A stretch of DNA of 64,000 bases from Marsupella aquatica. Taxonomy: Eukaryota > Plantae > Marchantiophyta. Each line of letters starts with the position of its first letter. Within the stretch, counting starts at the first letter, position 1. Below, one piece after another: positions 25,701-38,682 of this stretch. The notes beneath the pieces are model-generated. The model worked only from the letters and a program-made list of their open reading frames with translations. It was not told where the DNA came from and did not search any database. Where the stretch lies: NCBI GenBank assembly GCA_973895155.1, contig OZ316896.1, forward strand, positions 16,790,754 through 16,854,753, given 5' to 3'. The translations under genes and the position numbers were made by a program.

Positions 25701-28700
25701 TTAGACTGGACCTAATCTTCTCCTCCAATTTTTTCAGAGTTTTGACCGAAATTCAGTTGCAACGCTTAACCAAACCTGTTTTCAGAGACTGCGGGACAGA
25801 CCTAAAAACTACGTATAAGATCTTGTAGACTCGGTATAGAAAGAGGAAATTCCAGAAAGATGGTAGGGCCAGACTGCATATCCATGAAACGAAGCAGAGA
25901 TGTCAACACTGCCTACAAGCAGAAATCAATGGTGAGAATCAATTCCATTTTCACAATGGAAAACATTCTTTGGACTCTTCTTCACCTATGCCTCCCCCAC
26001 CCCCACGCCCCCCCCCCCCACCTCTCAACCACCAGCCTCTGGTTCAAACAGTAGCTGATATTCTTGCTAATAGCAATCAGGCACTTCTTCTTAACTTTGC
26101 CCCAACACTTCGAAGAGAGTCCAAGCTTGATACTAGATAAAGTCAAAGACTGTCCTATTCCTGAACTGCAAGTCATCCTTTCCCACATCACTGCCGCATA
26201 GTGATTTCTAGCTCGGGTCCAAGAAACCGTACACTAAAACGCTGTTCATTTATTCTTTCTCTCCAGATCACTTACCAAGTCCTTGACAGCAAACAATCTA
26301 TGCTAATCATTCGTCGTACATAATATGAGAACAGGCGAGGACGGAGCCTTTTCTTGTGAAAATTTGATCATTTGATTAGTTCGTGCAACGCGTCACCATG
26401 CGGCTAAAAAATCAACTTAGACAGCCGAAAATGCTTGGTTCATGAAAGGACCTTTAAAAGATAGCTCGGAATCCATCTTACAAATATGGGAGAAGATGTC
26501 CAAGGAAAACTTGTCAAAACTTTGAATAATGTCCTCCATATTTTTCCCAGATTGCCGCAATCTCACTGGAATGCGCACAGTTCCGAGTTCAAACCACCTG
26601 GCATCAGATACCACCATCCGTGTAAGAGATTTATTAGCAAAATATTTTTGCCCTCTTTAACATTAGAGTAAACCTCTTGCTATCATATATCATTTTATGG
26701 CAAACGAAGTAATAAGTATTGCGTCGTAGATTAGGAGGAAACCTTACTGGCAATCTGCTGAGGGATCAGTGCGCGGTCTATTGGAAATGAGAACAATTGA
26801 CGATGTTGGGCTGCAAGATGGATAGCATCCTGTATCTGGAGACTCTTCATGGAGTAGCTTATTATGACTAAGATTTCTGAGAGAACTATTGAGAGTAAGG
26901 GGATAAAATGAGGGGCCATAAAGGCCATGTGAGAAACCACTCATTGAACTTGGGCGTACGGAAATAGCCAACTGCAAGCCTTGATGGTCAGTGGCTTCCT
27001 TTTGGGTTCCCAACACCTCCTGTTTGGCCCCGTACCAACTCGAAGTGGAAGCATTGCAGTGATCAGAGATATTCAATCCAGTACCCCAGAAAGAGCAGGG
27101 TGCCAACTCTTCACACGAGTAACACCAGCACTGATATACACAATGCACATACAATGCATGGAACAGTTAATGTCACGTTGCCACTTGGACTTGAGAGATA
27201 ATGTAATGCGACAACTGCAAAGGCCAGGAGGAACAAATCTATTCAACTCTGCCACACTGGCCATGGTAGATCCGTACTTACTCAGACCCAGCCAAGAATT
27301 AAAGAAAGCCAAAGTATGGAGTAGTCAATGACAAAAAGGAGCAAAGTAAATGAGCATTCAATGTTATCTCCTGCAGGAAATAAGCGCGCATCTTATTCTC
27401 GAAGTTTGAATACAGTGATTTTCGTTCATTGCTCAGCCCTATGCAGATAACAGAAATCCACAGTCCATTTAGATGCAGAGATTATAGCTAGGAAGAGATC
27501 ATCCATGATCTTGTGAAGAGAGCTTCCCCTGTATATCTTCCTTCTTTCAAGACTCGACTGCGGTGGCAGACTAGACGAAACTCGAATGCTCAAATGCTTG
27601 AAGAGAGAACAGGCTGAGAACTAAAGCGTAGATCAAAAGAAACAAGATCCTCCTTCGAAACAAAACTGAACAATGTACCATCTTGAAACGTTATCATTAA
27701 CATAAGTTGAGACAGTTGCTCCTACTTGTATGTAAAGTCGAGGAAAAATAACTGAAAACCTGAAGGGAAGTCGAGCGATCAAAAGCGACTCAGAATTAAT
27801 AGACGAGAATGTTCAGACAGCTAAGAGATTCTTGCCGAAATGTAATATAATTGCAGACACGAAAAAACGGAGTCGAGCGATCAAAAGCGACGCAGAATAA
27901 ATACAACAGAATGTTCAGACAGCTGAGGGATTCTTGCCGAAAAATAATTGCAGACACTACAAAACGGAGTTACTGCACAAAGTTCAAAGGTCAAAGTTCA
28001 CGGAAGGCCCATAATGCGACTTCCAGCAAAGATTTGTAAAGCGAGAAGACAACGGTACGAAACGCTGTGAAAAAATGTATGTCCTTTATTATTTGTGCTG
28101 CCCAAAAGAACCTTAATTGTGCAGGGAACAGGTTAATATTCTATACTCCAGAACCATACCAGGCTATGCCATTGAGAGCGCATACACTAGAATATTCGAA
28201 CTGTCAAAGATTTCATATGCGGCATACTCACCTGACTTTATATCAGGAGCATGCTGTGGGACTATCAATGAATCAGCCCCATCAAAATTTAATTAAAGCT
28301 GATTCTCTGCAAAGAATATTGATTTATACATGTTTAATAGGTGGAGCGAAATTTAGTGATAAGATCCTTGTGCAGAAGAATTTTGGAAGAGCAGATAGAC
28401 ATCTGCATCGTGTCTATATTTGAGGGTCTAGCTGGAGAGTGCGACGAGCAAGTAACAGAAACCTAGGATAATGCAATACCTTGTTACAATGTGCAGTGTT
28501 TGATAAGCAAGGAGGAGGAATAAATGGGAACACCGCACAAACGTGCCGTGGATGAGGGGAATCACGCGAAAGGAGATTTCCATTCGTCGTATCGGCCGTA
28601 GCATTGCTCATGCTGCTGCAGTTCCCGAGCACTGTATCACACAAACTGCCGAAGACGTTCCAGGAGACATTGTTCTTGCGTTCTTGAGGACCATTATCGT

Positions 28701-28875
28701 TTTGTTCGGCTGCTTCTGCTTCTGGTGGAACCCCTGCTGACTGTCCAGAATTGGTAGTTGAGGGTTGAATTAGCTTTGGCCGTTTCTGATCCTGGCGAGA
28801 GCACCTGTCGGACCCGTTCAATCCGTCGAACGACACTGACGTCTCAGGTAGCTGTTTTCTCCAATGAGAAGACAT
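16737..28875 (-). CDS. RAD5/RAD16-like SNF2 helicase with C3HC4 RING and N-terminal RIN13-like Cys/His domain (about 20 exons)
   Basis: Helicase motifs: [24 protein letters not shown] (I), VVLDESH (II), WCCTGTP (III), [47 protein letters not shown] (VI). RING: CGIC..CGHW|YCCEC..CPIC. The last exon ends [15 protein letters not shown] at 16737. Exons between ~27030 and ~24770 are less certain. Confidence 0.9.
22677..23003. other. Mosaic nuclear plastid DNA insertion (NUPT): rpoC2, ndhH and rpoB fragments inside helicase intron 22487-23134
   Basis: +22842-23003 reads [54 protein letters not shown] (plastid RpoB). -22833-22756 reads [26 protein letters not shown] (NdhH). -22721-22677 reads [15 protein letters not shown] (RpoC2 N-terminus-like). 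Confidence 0.9.
27770..27945. repeat. ~102-bp-period duplication in helicase intron 1
   Basis: AGTCGAGCGATCAAAAGCGAC...GAATGTTCAGACAGCT...GATTCTTGCCGAAA occurs twice. Confidence 0.85.
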
Positions 28876-29027
28876 ATCTTGTTCTTCTTACGATAGTAAC
28901 ATAACAAGAATCTTTCGAGAGGCTTAATCTCTACTTCATCTCCGTCGACGTATCTTCTTCTTCTTACGATAATAACATGACACTAATCTTCCGCGAGATT
29001 TAGTCTCTATTTCATCTCCGTCTGACG
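28875..29027. repeat. ~76-bp tandem duplication abutting the helicase start codon
   Basis: TATCTT.TTCTTCTTACGATA.TAACAT...TTCATCTCCGTC occurs twice. Confidence 0.8.
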
Positions 29028-29287
29028 CCCAGCGTTGCTCCGATGCGAGCTCATCTCTTGCATGTAGAACTCTGCTCGCTCACAATTGCTGCAAGCACTG
29101 GAATTCGAATCTTCTGTTATCATTCGGATAGCCTACAAATGTTTCTGTGTCACTCAGCTTCATAAGTCACTTGCTGATGATGAGAAGTTACTGAGACTTC
29201 TCTTCCAGGACGAGATGTAGCTTCGCCACCGTCGTCACAACCAGACGACGTTAAGACAGAGAGGTACTGGACGTTCTTTGGGCCGAC

Positions 29288-29630
29288 AGCGTCTAACTGA
29301 CTTGCAAGAGCATCGGCCTGTGCAAGAACTAATTCTGCACGCAATGCTGCTGCCTCCTCAATTGATGCCCTGCGCACATAGCGAGACACGGAGCTGGGAG
29401 ACGAGAGAACTGTTGAGCTCGAGAGAGAGAAGAGCAAGGAGAGGAGAGGAGAGAAGAGAAGAGAAGCGTCTAACTGACTTGCAAGAGCATCGGCCTGTGA
29501 AAGAACTAATTCTGCACGCAATGCTGCTGCCTCCTCAATTGATGCCTCGCGCACATAGCTAGCCACGGAGCTGGGAGACGAGAGAACTGTTGAGCTCGAG
29601 AGAGGAGAGAAGAGAAGAGAAGAGAAGAGG
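29288..29630. repeat. 177-bp near-identical tandem duplication with GA-rich tails
   Basis: AGCGTCTAACTGACTTGCAAGAGCATCGGCCTGTG...GAGCTGGGAGACGAGAGAACTGTTGAGCTCGAGAG occurs at 29288 and 29465. Confidence 0.93.
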
Positions 29631-29699
29631 AGACGAAAACCGTTGCAAAACAACAAAGATACACTCAAACACTCACTCCTTTTCTTTCCCCTGCGTACG

Positions 29700-31345
29700 G
29701 AAAGACGTTACTGCTCAAAATGTATTTATTCCTCGTGGTTTTGCTAAAGGTTCTATACTCAGGTGTTGTTGAAGCGCCACTGGCCATATAAAAGGGGGAA
29801 GTGTCCAAGCCTTCTCCCTTTTTCACTTTACTAGCATTCTTCTCCTCTCCCCCGTTCCATATTGCTACACAAATTCGGTAAATTATACTATTTATGGTGA
29901 AATGCTATTAAACCACCACTAGCCATATAGCCATATTAAAGGGGGAAGTGTACAAGCCTGCCTTGCTAAAGGTTCCATACTGAGGTTCTGTAAAACTGCC
30001 ACCAGCCATAATTATAGCCATATAAAAGGGGGAAGTGTCCAAGCCTTTTTCATTTTTCACTTGTCCTCAGCATTCTTCTCCTCTCCAGTTCCATATTGCT
30101 CCAAAAATTCAGGAAATGATACTGTTTATGGTGAAAGTGGTTTCTTTGTCATGGCTAGTGGTGGTTTAAGAGTATCTGGAGCAGTTTAGGGGTCAATGAT
30201 TACTAAACTCAAAATGTAGCCCACTTTCCTCTCATTCTTGGGTTAATGATTTCTAAACTCAGAACGTAGCCCACTTTCCTCTCATTCTTTTCTCGCCCTT
30301 TCTAAACTCAAAATGTCACCCATCATTTGGAGTCCTCAAAATAACAAAAGCCCTAGTATTGAATTTAGTCGAGACATTACTGCTCAAAATGTTTTTTCCT
30401 CAAGGCCTTGTTAAAGGTTCCATACTGAGGTATACTGAGTCTTAGAAATAACAAAAGCCCTAGTATTGAATTTAGTCGGGACATTACTGCTCAAAATGTT
30501 TTTTCCTCGAGGCCTTGCTAAAGGTTCCATACTGAGGTGCTAAGAGCATCACCAGGAGTTTAGGGGTCAATTCCTTCTAAACTCAAAATGTAACCCATCA
30601 TTTGGAGGCCTAGGAATAACAAAAGCCCTTGTACTGAATTTAGTCACCAGCCATTTCCCCATTTAGTTGACCTCTATCCCTCCAAAATGATGTGGTGTCA
30701 TAACCAGGTTCAAAATCTCAAGCATATTTAGAATCTTGTGACATGTGGTGGAATTTCTGACTAGATGGGAATAGAGATCAGGATCGAGGTCTCTCTCCTT
30801 GCTGCCATTTCTACCAAATATGGAAGTGGGGGGTTGTGAAAATGGAGGCTGGCTGCCATTTATTTAAGGATAGCCAGGGGCCATAGCTGGGAAGCCATCC
30901 CTCTGAAATCAACCCCTATATGCTCTTTTTTGAGGTTAGAGATGCAATGGACCCTCTAGCTGACCCTACCGCTGGAGTTGCACTAAAGGTTCCATACTGA
31001 GTTGGTGTTGATGAGCCCTAGAACATTGGCATTTGTATTGATATGTTCAGCTTTTAACTACATTGGGAGGTGAGGTTCACTTCTACCAAGGAGCCATATT
31101 TTGGAAGGTGAGATGTAGTATATTGGCAGTAGTTTTGGTAATAGTTCATAACTACATTGTAAGGTGAGGTTCCCTTCAACCAAGCGACCATATTTGGGAA
31201 GGTCAGATTTAGTACATTGGCACTCTTTTTGGTAACAGTTTATAACTAGGTTGTGAGGTGAAGTCCTTTGACCAAGGAGCCATTTTTTGGAAGGTGAGAT
31301 TTGGACATTGGCACTCTTAATTTTTGGTAACAGTTTATAACTACC
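29700..31345. repeat. Complex repeat block, probably transposon-derived, including a 94-bp x3 tandem array at 31056-31345
   Basis: CTAAAGGTTCCATACTGAG, GACATTACTGCTCAAAATGT, GGGGGAAGTGTCCAAGCC and CTAAACTCAAAATGT recur. AACTACATTG-type units start at 31056, 31150 and 31244. Confidence 0.8.
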
Positions 31346-32399
31346 CCAACTAAAATTGCCGGGAATTATAATATTGCCACTATTGTTTTAGTATTTAGAA
31401 TAGAGAAAGGAATCATAATACTGCCACTATGTTTTCTAAGTATTCATAATGGAGCCACTGTTTTTGTAACTATATGGTTACCTTGGTGAACTTGTTTTCC
31501 ACATAACCTTGTTTGTTGTATTGTATCCACATTGTAAGACTGTGGCAGTATTATAAATACTAAGAAAACAGTGGGAGTATTGTAATACCAGATAACTTGA
31601 CCAGTGAGTGCATGGTTCTTCGGAGCGGCTATCACGATCAGTAGGACCTCTTGGAATCAGAGAAGGATGCTCATCATCAGAAATTCAGCAACAGGAGTTT
31701 GCTGAGAAAGTCATCTGATGTAAATTTTCAGGGCTTTAACATCATTCTTTTGAATTATGCATTGGATGAATACGGGATTGAACTGTCAAACAACGATTGA
31801 GCAACCTGGGGTGATAATTCCATTATGCTCAACAAAATGTGTACGAGATTGTCAGGATGGTAGACAGTGATTGAGTCATGACTGAAGGTAATAAAACATG
31901 TAATCCCACCGTATAATTAGTAAAGCATATGGATTGTCACTTTAGAGTTCCTTCTATGAGGCAAAGGTCACCTAATCGATCCTGGACCAAATATAACTAG
32001 TCAAAAATGTTACCATTCTTCAGTTCAAGATGTAGCTGCTCATGAACTTGAGATGTAGCTGCTCATGAACTTGAAACCACGTTTACAACAACAAAAAGCT
32101 GTTTTGCTTTGCTCTTAAATTTCAAAACAAAATAAATGATGCAATTTTTTGTGTATGGTAAGATTGAGTAAGTTGCCAGTAGTTCCGGTCGTATAGTGTT
32201 TACCTGCAAAAATTCTTTGCGTTTAGGCCAAATACTTAAAAAGTTGTTTGTTGAGTTACCATTCTTTTCAGTTTGACATGCCCAAGCTTTCCTCATAACT
32301 AGATGGCTCTTTATAGTTTAAGTAGCCTGAATGGAACGAAAGGACCATACCAAAAGGAACAAGCAAAGTACAATGAGGGGAAATAGATCCAAAGTGGAC

Positions 32400-33057
32400 A
32401 GCCTGAATGCGCTTTGGTCATAGATATTAGTGAGTATCAATCATGGCAGTAGGTGAATGAGATTTAGTACATTGACATCCTTGTCAAATTGCCACTCTTT
32501 TCAGTTTAGCATGCCCAAGCCACATGCTCAAGTGAAGTCTCCACAATATGACTCTGGGGGCACTACCGTCTTCCTGCAAACACAGCGCCCCAACGTTATG
32601 TTCAAAAATGGAAATTTTTGGGTCCCTCGACTCAAACACAACATCTTTTTAACACAATGCCTGGGCATTGTGTTTGGAAATTGGAGTGGTGTTGGAGTTG
32701 GAATCTGTGGTTGAATATTGACCCTAAACTATTTTACATTGAGCACAATTAAACGGTCATGGTTTAAAAATTCATGAATCATATGACAATGTCAACACTC
32801 AAACACCCCATCAGACACAAAAGTCAATATTCAAACCCAATGCCCATTTTTTGAACACAGCGCCCTTCAAGTACAAAAAATGAAAACGCATATATAGTCA
32901 AAAGTCAGATACAACGCCTGGGCACACTATTCAAATAGAGCGCCCCAAGGTCCATTATTCGAACACAAGGCCATGTCGCTGTGTTCATGGAAAGCCAATC
33001 ATATTGCCATGATTGATTCTCACCACCTATTTATGACAAAGTTCAAGCATTCAGGCT
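32400..33057. mobile_element. Element bounded by a ~50-bp imperfect inverted repeat, enclosing a CACTA-start repeat
   Basis: AGCCTGAATGC...GTGAGTATCAATCATGGCA (32400-32448) matches the reverse complement of TGCCATGATTGATTCTCAC...GCATTCAGGCT (33005-33057). The internal CACTACCGTCT...CAAACACAGCGCC at 32561 is shared with 46864. Confidence 0.65.
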
Positions 33058-34534
33058 CGTTTAACTAACATCACCTAGTTTACTCACACTCATAATTAGA
33101 TGACTCTATTTAGTTAACTAGCTTCAATGCCTGAGACTTGGGCATAAATAAATGGTGAAAACCAATCATGGCAATACCTGTCCCCACATAGTCAAAAACA
33201 CACTTGGGATCTAGTACACCAATAATCCATGGCCTCAAATCCATGATCTCTTCAAAGGCTAGCTGCAGTAGCACCCTTGGCCAAATGGCCTCAGGGATTA
33301 CTGCCCTAGCCCCCTCCTAACCCCGTCATGATCATGGCTTATTTTACAGCTCTATCCCACAGATACCTCACAGTTCCCCCATTGCCATAAGTTACTCGTC
33401 ACCTGACCTTACTTGGCCCCACCAAGCACAAATGTGGCAATAATTTTATGGTGGACTCAGCAAGCTGGGTGAAATGGGGACCCTCATTTGTAAAACTTGA
33501 TGTTTTGTTTGCAACATATGTTGACCTTCACATTCAAGCATTATGCTTTATAACATGTATAATGTAGTCAGGCCTATCTTTGTAGCCCCTTGTGGCATCC
33601 ACCCATTGATTATGTCTTATCACATGTGCTATATCATCATGGTACCCTCTATTTCTTTGAGTCACCAGGTATTTGTCAGTGTGGACAGACCAACAAATGG
33701 TATGAACTAGTATGTGTATTATGGCCCTCACTAGCTCACTTGTGCATCATGAGTCTGTTTTGTACAGTCCTGTAATAATGCCACCCAGTTAGTGGAAATA
33801 ATAACTAAAAGTTGGGCTCACTGACCAAATACTCTAAGGTACTTGTGAGACCTCTAGACAAATAACTCATAGTGACCCTCCTATATCCTCAAGAGCTTTT
33901 AAATGCTTTTCAGTGTGATACTCAATAAGGCTGTAGTTCTTTTGCTGTTTGTAAGGGACTCTCAGCCTTTGGGTCTTTTGATCTTCCAACTGAGGTTTCT
34001 CCCTTGTGTTGTCCCATTTATTGGGTCTCCTACCTCTAGATCATGTCTCCTTGTTTGGCATTTTCCTTTTTGTTCTTGGCAGTGCGTAACATATATCATG
34101 TCATATTAATATATCTAATTATATTATAGTGACCCAAACTTGCTTCTTTATGACCTACTGTCTAGAGTGAAACCTTCCTTTTTTGTTCCTAAGGGTTTGA
34201 TACGTGTTTCATTATTTAGATCTAATGTAATTGTGATCTGAAGCTACTCTTCTAGACCTACAATCTAGAGTGAAGTCTCAAGACCATGACTGTGGGGTGT
34301 AACTAAAGTTGAGGATGTGGCTGGAAAACAGGGATTGGGGTAGGGTGAGTCTATGACAATGACACATCTTGTGAGGAGTCACTGCAAACTAAATGAACCA
34401 CATTGGGTGAAATGGGCAACGGGATTGAATGTCTTAACCTTTATTTACATTATAATACAGTTCTGTTTACAGGGCATTGTGTGCCATGATGCCCCCCCCC
34501 CCAAAAGGAAAGTTTTGGCTTGAGTTTTGAGGGG

Positions 34535-34690
34535 CTATTATTGCCCATACCAAGACAGCACTTTTGTTGTGGCGTCATGAATGGGAAGATATATGTATTT
34601 GGTGGTATTTCTGTTGCCGTTGGCATTCCTATTTGTGCTGTGGAGGTGTATGATCTCAAGTCAAATGTTTGGTTTCTAATAAAGCCATGG
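34535..34690 (+). pseudogene. Isolated single Kelch repeat fragment (F-box/Kelch-like relic)
   Basis: LPIPRQHFCCGVMNGKIYVFGG...AVEVYDLKSNVW is a canonical Kelch blade (GG, Y, W spacing). No ATG and no neighbouring blades were recognised. Confidence 0.75.
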
Positions 34691-35794
34691 AATCTAGGCA
34701 TAATAACAGTCTGGGCAAAGGGTTACTAGCCTCCAACCCTGTGTCCAGAAAGTGAAGAAATGCTAACCAGCAGTACACCGGGAAGCCTTCTTGAGCATTC
34801 TGGTCACAGGGGTACGGCCTAGAACCCCAGCCCAGAAAGTCATTATAGTAAGTAATGTGATACGGGAAAATGCTCCAATCACGTCACGATGTAGTTATAA
34901 TACGTAATTGTGGTAGGGGGAAAGCAACAATCATGAGTTTCACAGCAGAAGATTGTGGAAATAGCCAGCCAGAAAGTCCATCCATCCTAACGACTTTACC
35001 AAACATAACTCGTCACCAAAGCTACTGTAGGAGGTTCCAACTGTACAGTCCACAACTGCCCTTCCCGATAATCCATCCATCCATCCTGGTTCGCCTGTCC
35101 ACCCCTGCCATTAAGCATGTTCACTTTGACACAACGATGGCAAATCTTGGTGATATGAACAAGAAAAAGTTACTTTCGATTGTGCCCTTCAATTGGTCCA
35201 GTAACAATTTCTACAAGTCAATCCCAAAAGAAAATGGTCTTGGAGGTGACAGTCGGGTGAGCTGTGCTGCCGGAGTCGAAATTCGGATCTGCCTATGATG
35301 TGGGTGTCTAACCTCCAAATACACAGACAATAATTGTAAAAATCACTAGAGAAGTTCGCAAAACCTTTCTGGAATAATCTCCTATAGCCTATGTTCTCAC
35401 AACCAGTAAAGGTGAGTCAGACGAAGAGCCTCAAGTATTTCAAGTTTATCGACGATCAAGTTTTAGCTTCGAGACCTCAATGACAGAGATCTGAAAGGCT
35501 TCTAATTATGCACATGATTTCTCCATGTGTAAGTTCACTGCAGATCCGAACCAGAGGAAGGACCCTGCTGGTAGGTGCCTGGTCAAGCAGAGTAACTTCA
35601 CTACTTCTGAACTACTCGACAACAAATCCTAGGGAATCATGAGGGCTAGAATTGTGAAACTAAGGATGTCCAATTGGCGTCAGAGATGGTCTGTTGGAAA
35701 CATCGCGGCACTTATGACAACTAGTCCGTGAACCCGAAGATTTTCCTTCGTTCCTTCGTCATGGTTGCTGTGCAACTCTCCATCGATATGTGCC

Positions 35795-38682
35795 CTAGAA
35801 TATGTAATACATGGGGTTAGGAAGCTTGAAGGTTCGCTTCCCGGCAGCAGGACCTGTAAGATCACTCCATTGGTCTCCAATACTACTCAAGACCTCGTAA
35901 CCTTCCAGCTCGAGCTGTTCTCTGCGCTTTGACTTGTACTTGACTGCTGATAGCCCAACCTCGTCTGGAGATCTGCACATTTCCAGAAACGATAATAAAG
36001 ACAAGCTAAGTCAGAACGTCAAAACGAAGACCGATGTTGCTATGACTATCGAGTTCATGAGAAAATAGATCAATTGACACAGAACGATACCCTCAATTGA
36101 AAATCCAATTCATACGTCACATCGAGCGGTACACACCCAAGCTCTGGAATTGAAACTCCAGCCGAACCTCACGTGAGGGGGGGGGGGGGGTCTACATCTC
36201 TCAGACATAGTACAAGACCGACAGTAGAAATAATAAACGACAACTCTTCAGAGACTTAACCAAGTTTCTGCTCCTCTCCACTCGCACGGACATCACAAAG
36301 GTGATGCAGTCAAGTCGGTGATTCAGAATTCAAAGCTTTCAATCATGAACCACAAACAATGCAGAAGCTATAGATAGAAAGTTGGAAGAAAAATTAGTTG
36401 AAAGGGAAAGGATATGACCAATTACCTCAAGAAAAGCATTGTCCAATCTTCATAACCTGCTGAAATAAGGTTTGCAGAGGTAACATTGCGCTGACTTTCG
36501 GGCCTTCCGGTCAACAAGACAACTCCTACATTTGCTGCCTTAAGTTGGTTGAAAAGTCCTACAGAAGCAAACAGCGGCAATCCAGCTTTTTGATCCACCC
36601 AGTCGTTCCAGGCATTCTCATTGAAGGTCTCCGCTCTGAGCACAGCAATACCGAAAATTTACCGTAAGCAACATAAACCAATCAGCTTACCAACAGCAGT
36701 CTGAGGACCAGAACTTATCTCCGACGGGGCAGCTTATGCTCTCGAATCTCGATATTGAATCAATCACTTCTAAAACTTTGAGTAGGGCTCGCAAAGGCTA
36801 GAATTTCCAAAATGCTCGAGTTTGAGATTCCCTGCCTGTCGACAAAATACATAGCAAGGAAAGATTCTCGGATCGACATTCCAAAAACAACGGTTCCCCT
36901 TATTGGCAAGGCTCACATGTCAACAGGTATGTCACAATTTTAAGACCCCTGTCATCAATTTCATGACAAAACCTTGCTTCTGGAAACCCTCTTCAAAAAC
37001 ACTGAAGTAATTGCAAAGGTCACGCGTCCATATGAGCCAAACGTAGGGGGAATACGAAAATCATTACCCGAAACTATGGTTGACATAGTAGGGTAAATTC
37101 GACAAGACAGTCTCATCAATGTCCATGACCACCACCTCCGATCCGTCACCTTTGACCGACAGACTGCTCAGATACTCAGCTGCTGAAGCAATGGCTCCTG
37201 CAAAGTCCTTGTAATATTGACCTCTCTTCATGTATCTTGCTACCGTTCCCTTACACGCATCGGAAACAATCCACCCCTGCAGGTTGTTCACCTCAGCATT
37301 CAAGATGAAACTGTCGCAAGAGTAGCCGATTTTCAGAGGCGAGACTAAACCCACAGACAGAGGTTGCCCTTGGCAGGTTCCCAACATAACTGCGAGAGTT
37401 ATTACAAGGGAAAAGAGAAGAATCCCTATGGTGGCGATAGCAGACACTAGGATAGTGACCACCAACGACGACAAGTAGACCCCGCTGTCATCGACTTGGA
37501 TATAACGACTCCCCAATTGACTAAGATCTGCCATTGAACATCAGGAGAAGCAAGTCAGTACCCATAAAACGAAGCAGATCCACAATCTTCATCCTAACAA
37601 GCTGGCCAATTGGACTTTAGCTCAAAGACGTTCGAGATCTAGCCAATGTCTAGCCCGACCTAAGAACTACAATGGCCTAAGAGACAATGCTTCCACTTGA
37701 GATCCCACTTCAAACCATTGAAATTTTGAAGATGAACTCAGATCAATTAAAACACCAAATGCAAATTCGGTCACAATTTTCTCGGGATGTCCGATCGTGG
37801 GGTCAAACTTGGAGCCCCTCATTCTGTAGACGAATGGCCCGTGCGACGAAACTGAATACTTTAGTTGCAACTGAATAAACAATGTTAAAGGTTTGTCGTT
37901 GGGCATACTCTAACTTCAGCTTACGTGTGTAAGACTGCTGGGTAATAGATCGATCCACTATGGCAAACTTGCGCACTAGCCCTCATCACGATTTCAAAAA
38001 TGGGACGGCCTAGTATGAATCGTTCGAACTTTAAATACGAATGGCAGAATCGAAGAACACGCCACATGAGACCAAAGGCTGCTTGCTAGATATTGTTCTT
38101 GAAGCAAATCCTGGACTTCCAGACAGAACAGTATGAGCTAAGACTAGCCAGAATGAAACGAGTTTCAAAGAACGCCAAGCTTTCATTCGGTGATGACAAT
38201 TTCCGAGCAAACTCGTTGGCCCATCCATCCAACCGGTTGACAGATATACGGTCAACTCTTCATAGCCTGTCTTTGATTGAGGCACTGGACGAGCTAGCAA
38301 GCGCGGTGCGCTGCGTGTACTTCCACTTCTATTCTCTAGACTGAGCTCAGATGAGTGATGAACAACGCCAATGGATAAATCCTTGCCTTTCACGTGGACA
38401 GGGACAGTAAGAACTTAAGGAGCTAACTCCACATCCTCTCCTCTCGCCTAAACTGCAGGCCATCGTCGTCATTCGAACGTCGAATGCGAAATAAAACGCT
38501 AGCAAGGTAGAGATCACCACCGAGAATCGAAAATTCCATAAAAATGGAGGTGAAGGAGACCACCACCAGCAGTTTAGAAGATTATAGATTGTACCTGATC
38601 CACGCCTGCTCAGAAGAGCAAAGCTGGAGTCGTTTCGGTTGTAAGGGGGTAACGAAGAGGACGAGCCCGGTCGAGACATCAT
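35795..38682 (-). CDS. HAD superfamily IIIB acid phosphatase (APS1/VSP family, At2g39920-like N-terminus with TM helix), 4 exons, 311 aa
   Basis: Exons 38682-38595, 37527-37068, 36635-36426 and 35972-35795 splice in phase. Motifs are DIDETVLSNLPYY, LLTGR, YKS, IGDQWSDL and FKLPNPMYY. A hydrophobic segment follows LGSRY. Confidence 0.93.

Noticed and set aside
30765-30990. Peptide HYLRIARGHSW..PYMLFF resembling a ubiquitin-protease His-box tail
   Set aside because: It is too short and degenerate, with stops nearby, and cannot be supported without a search.
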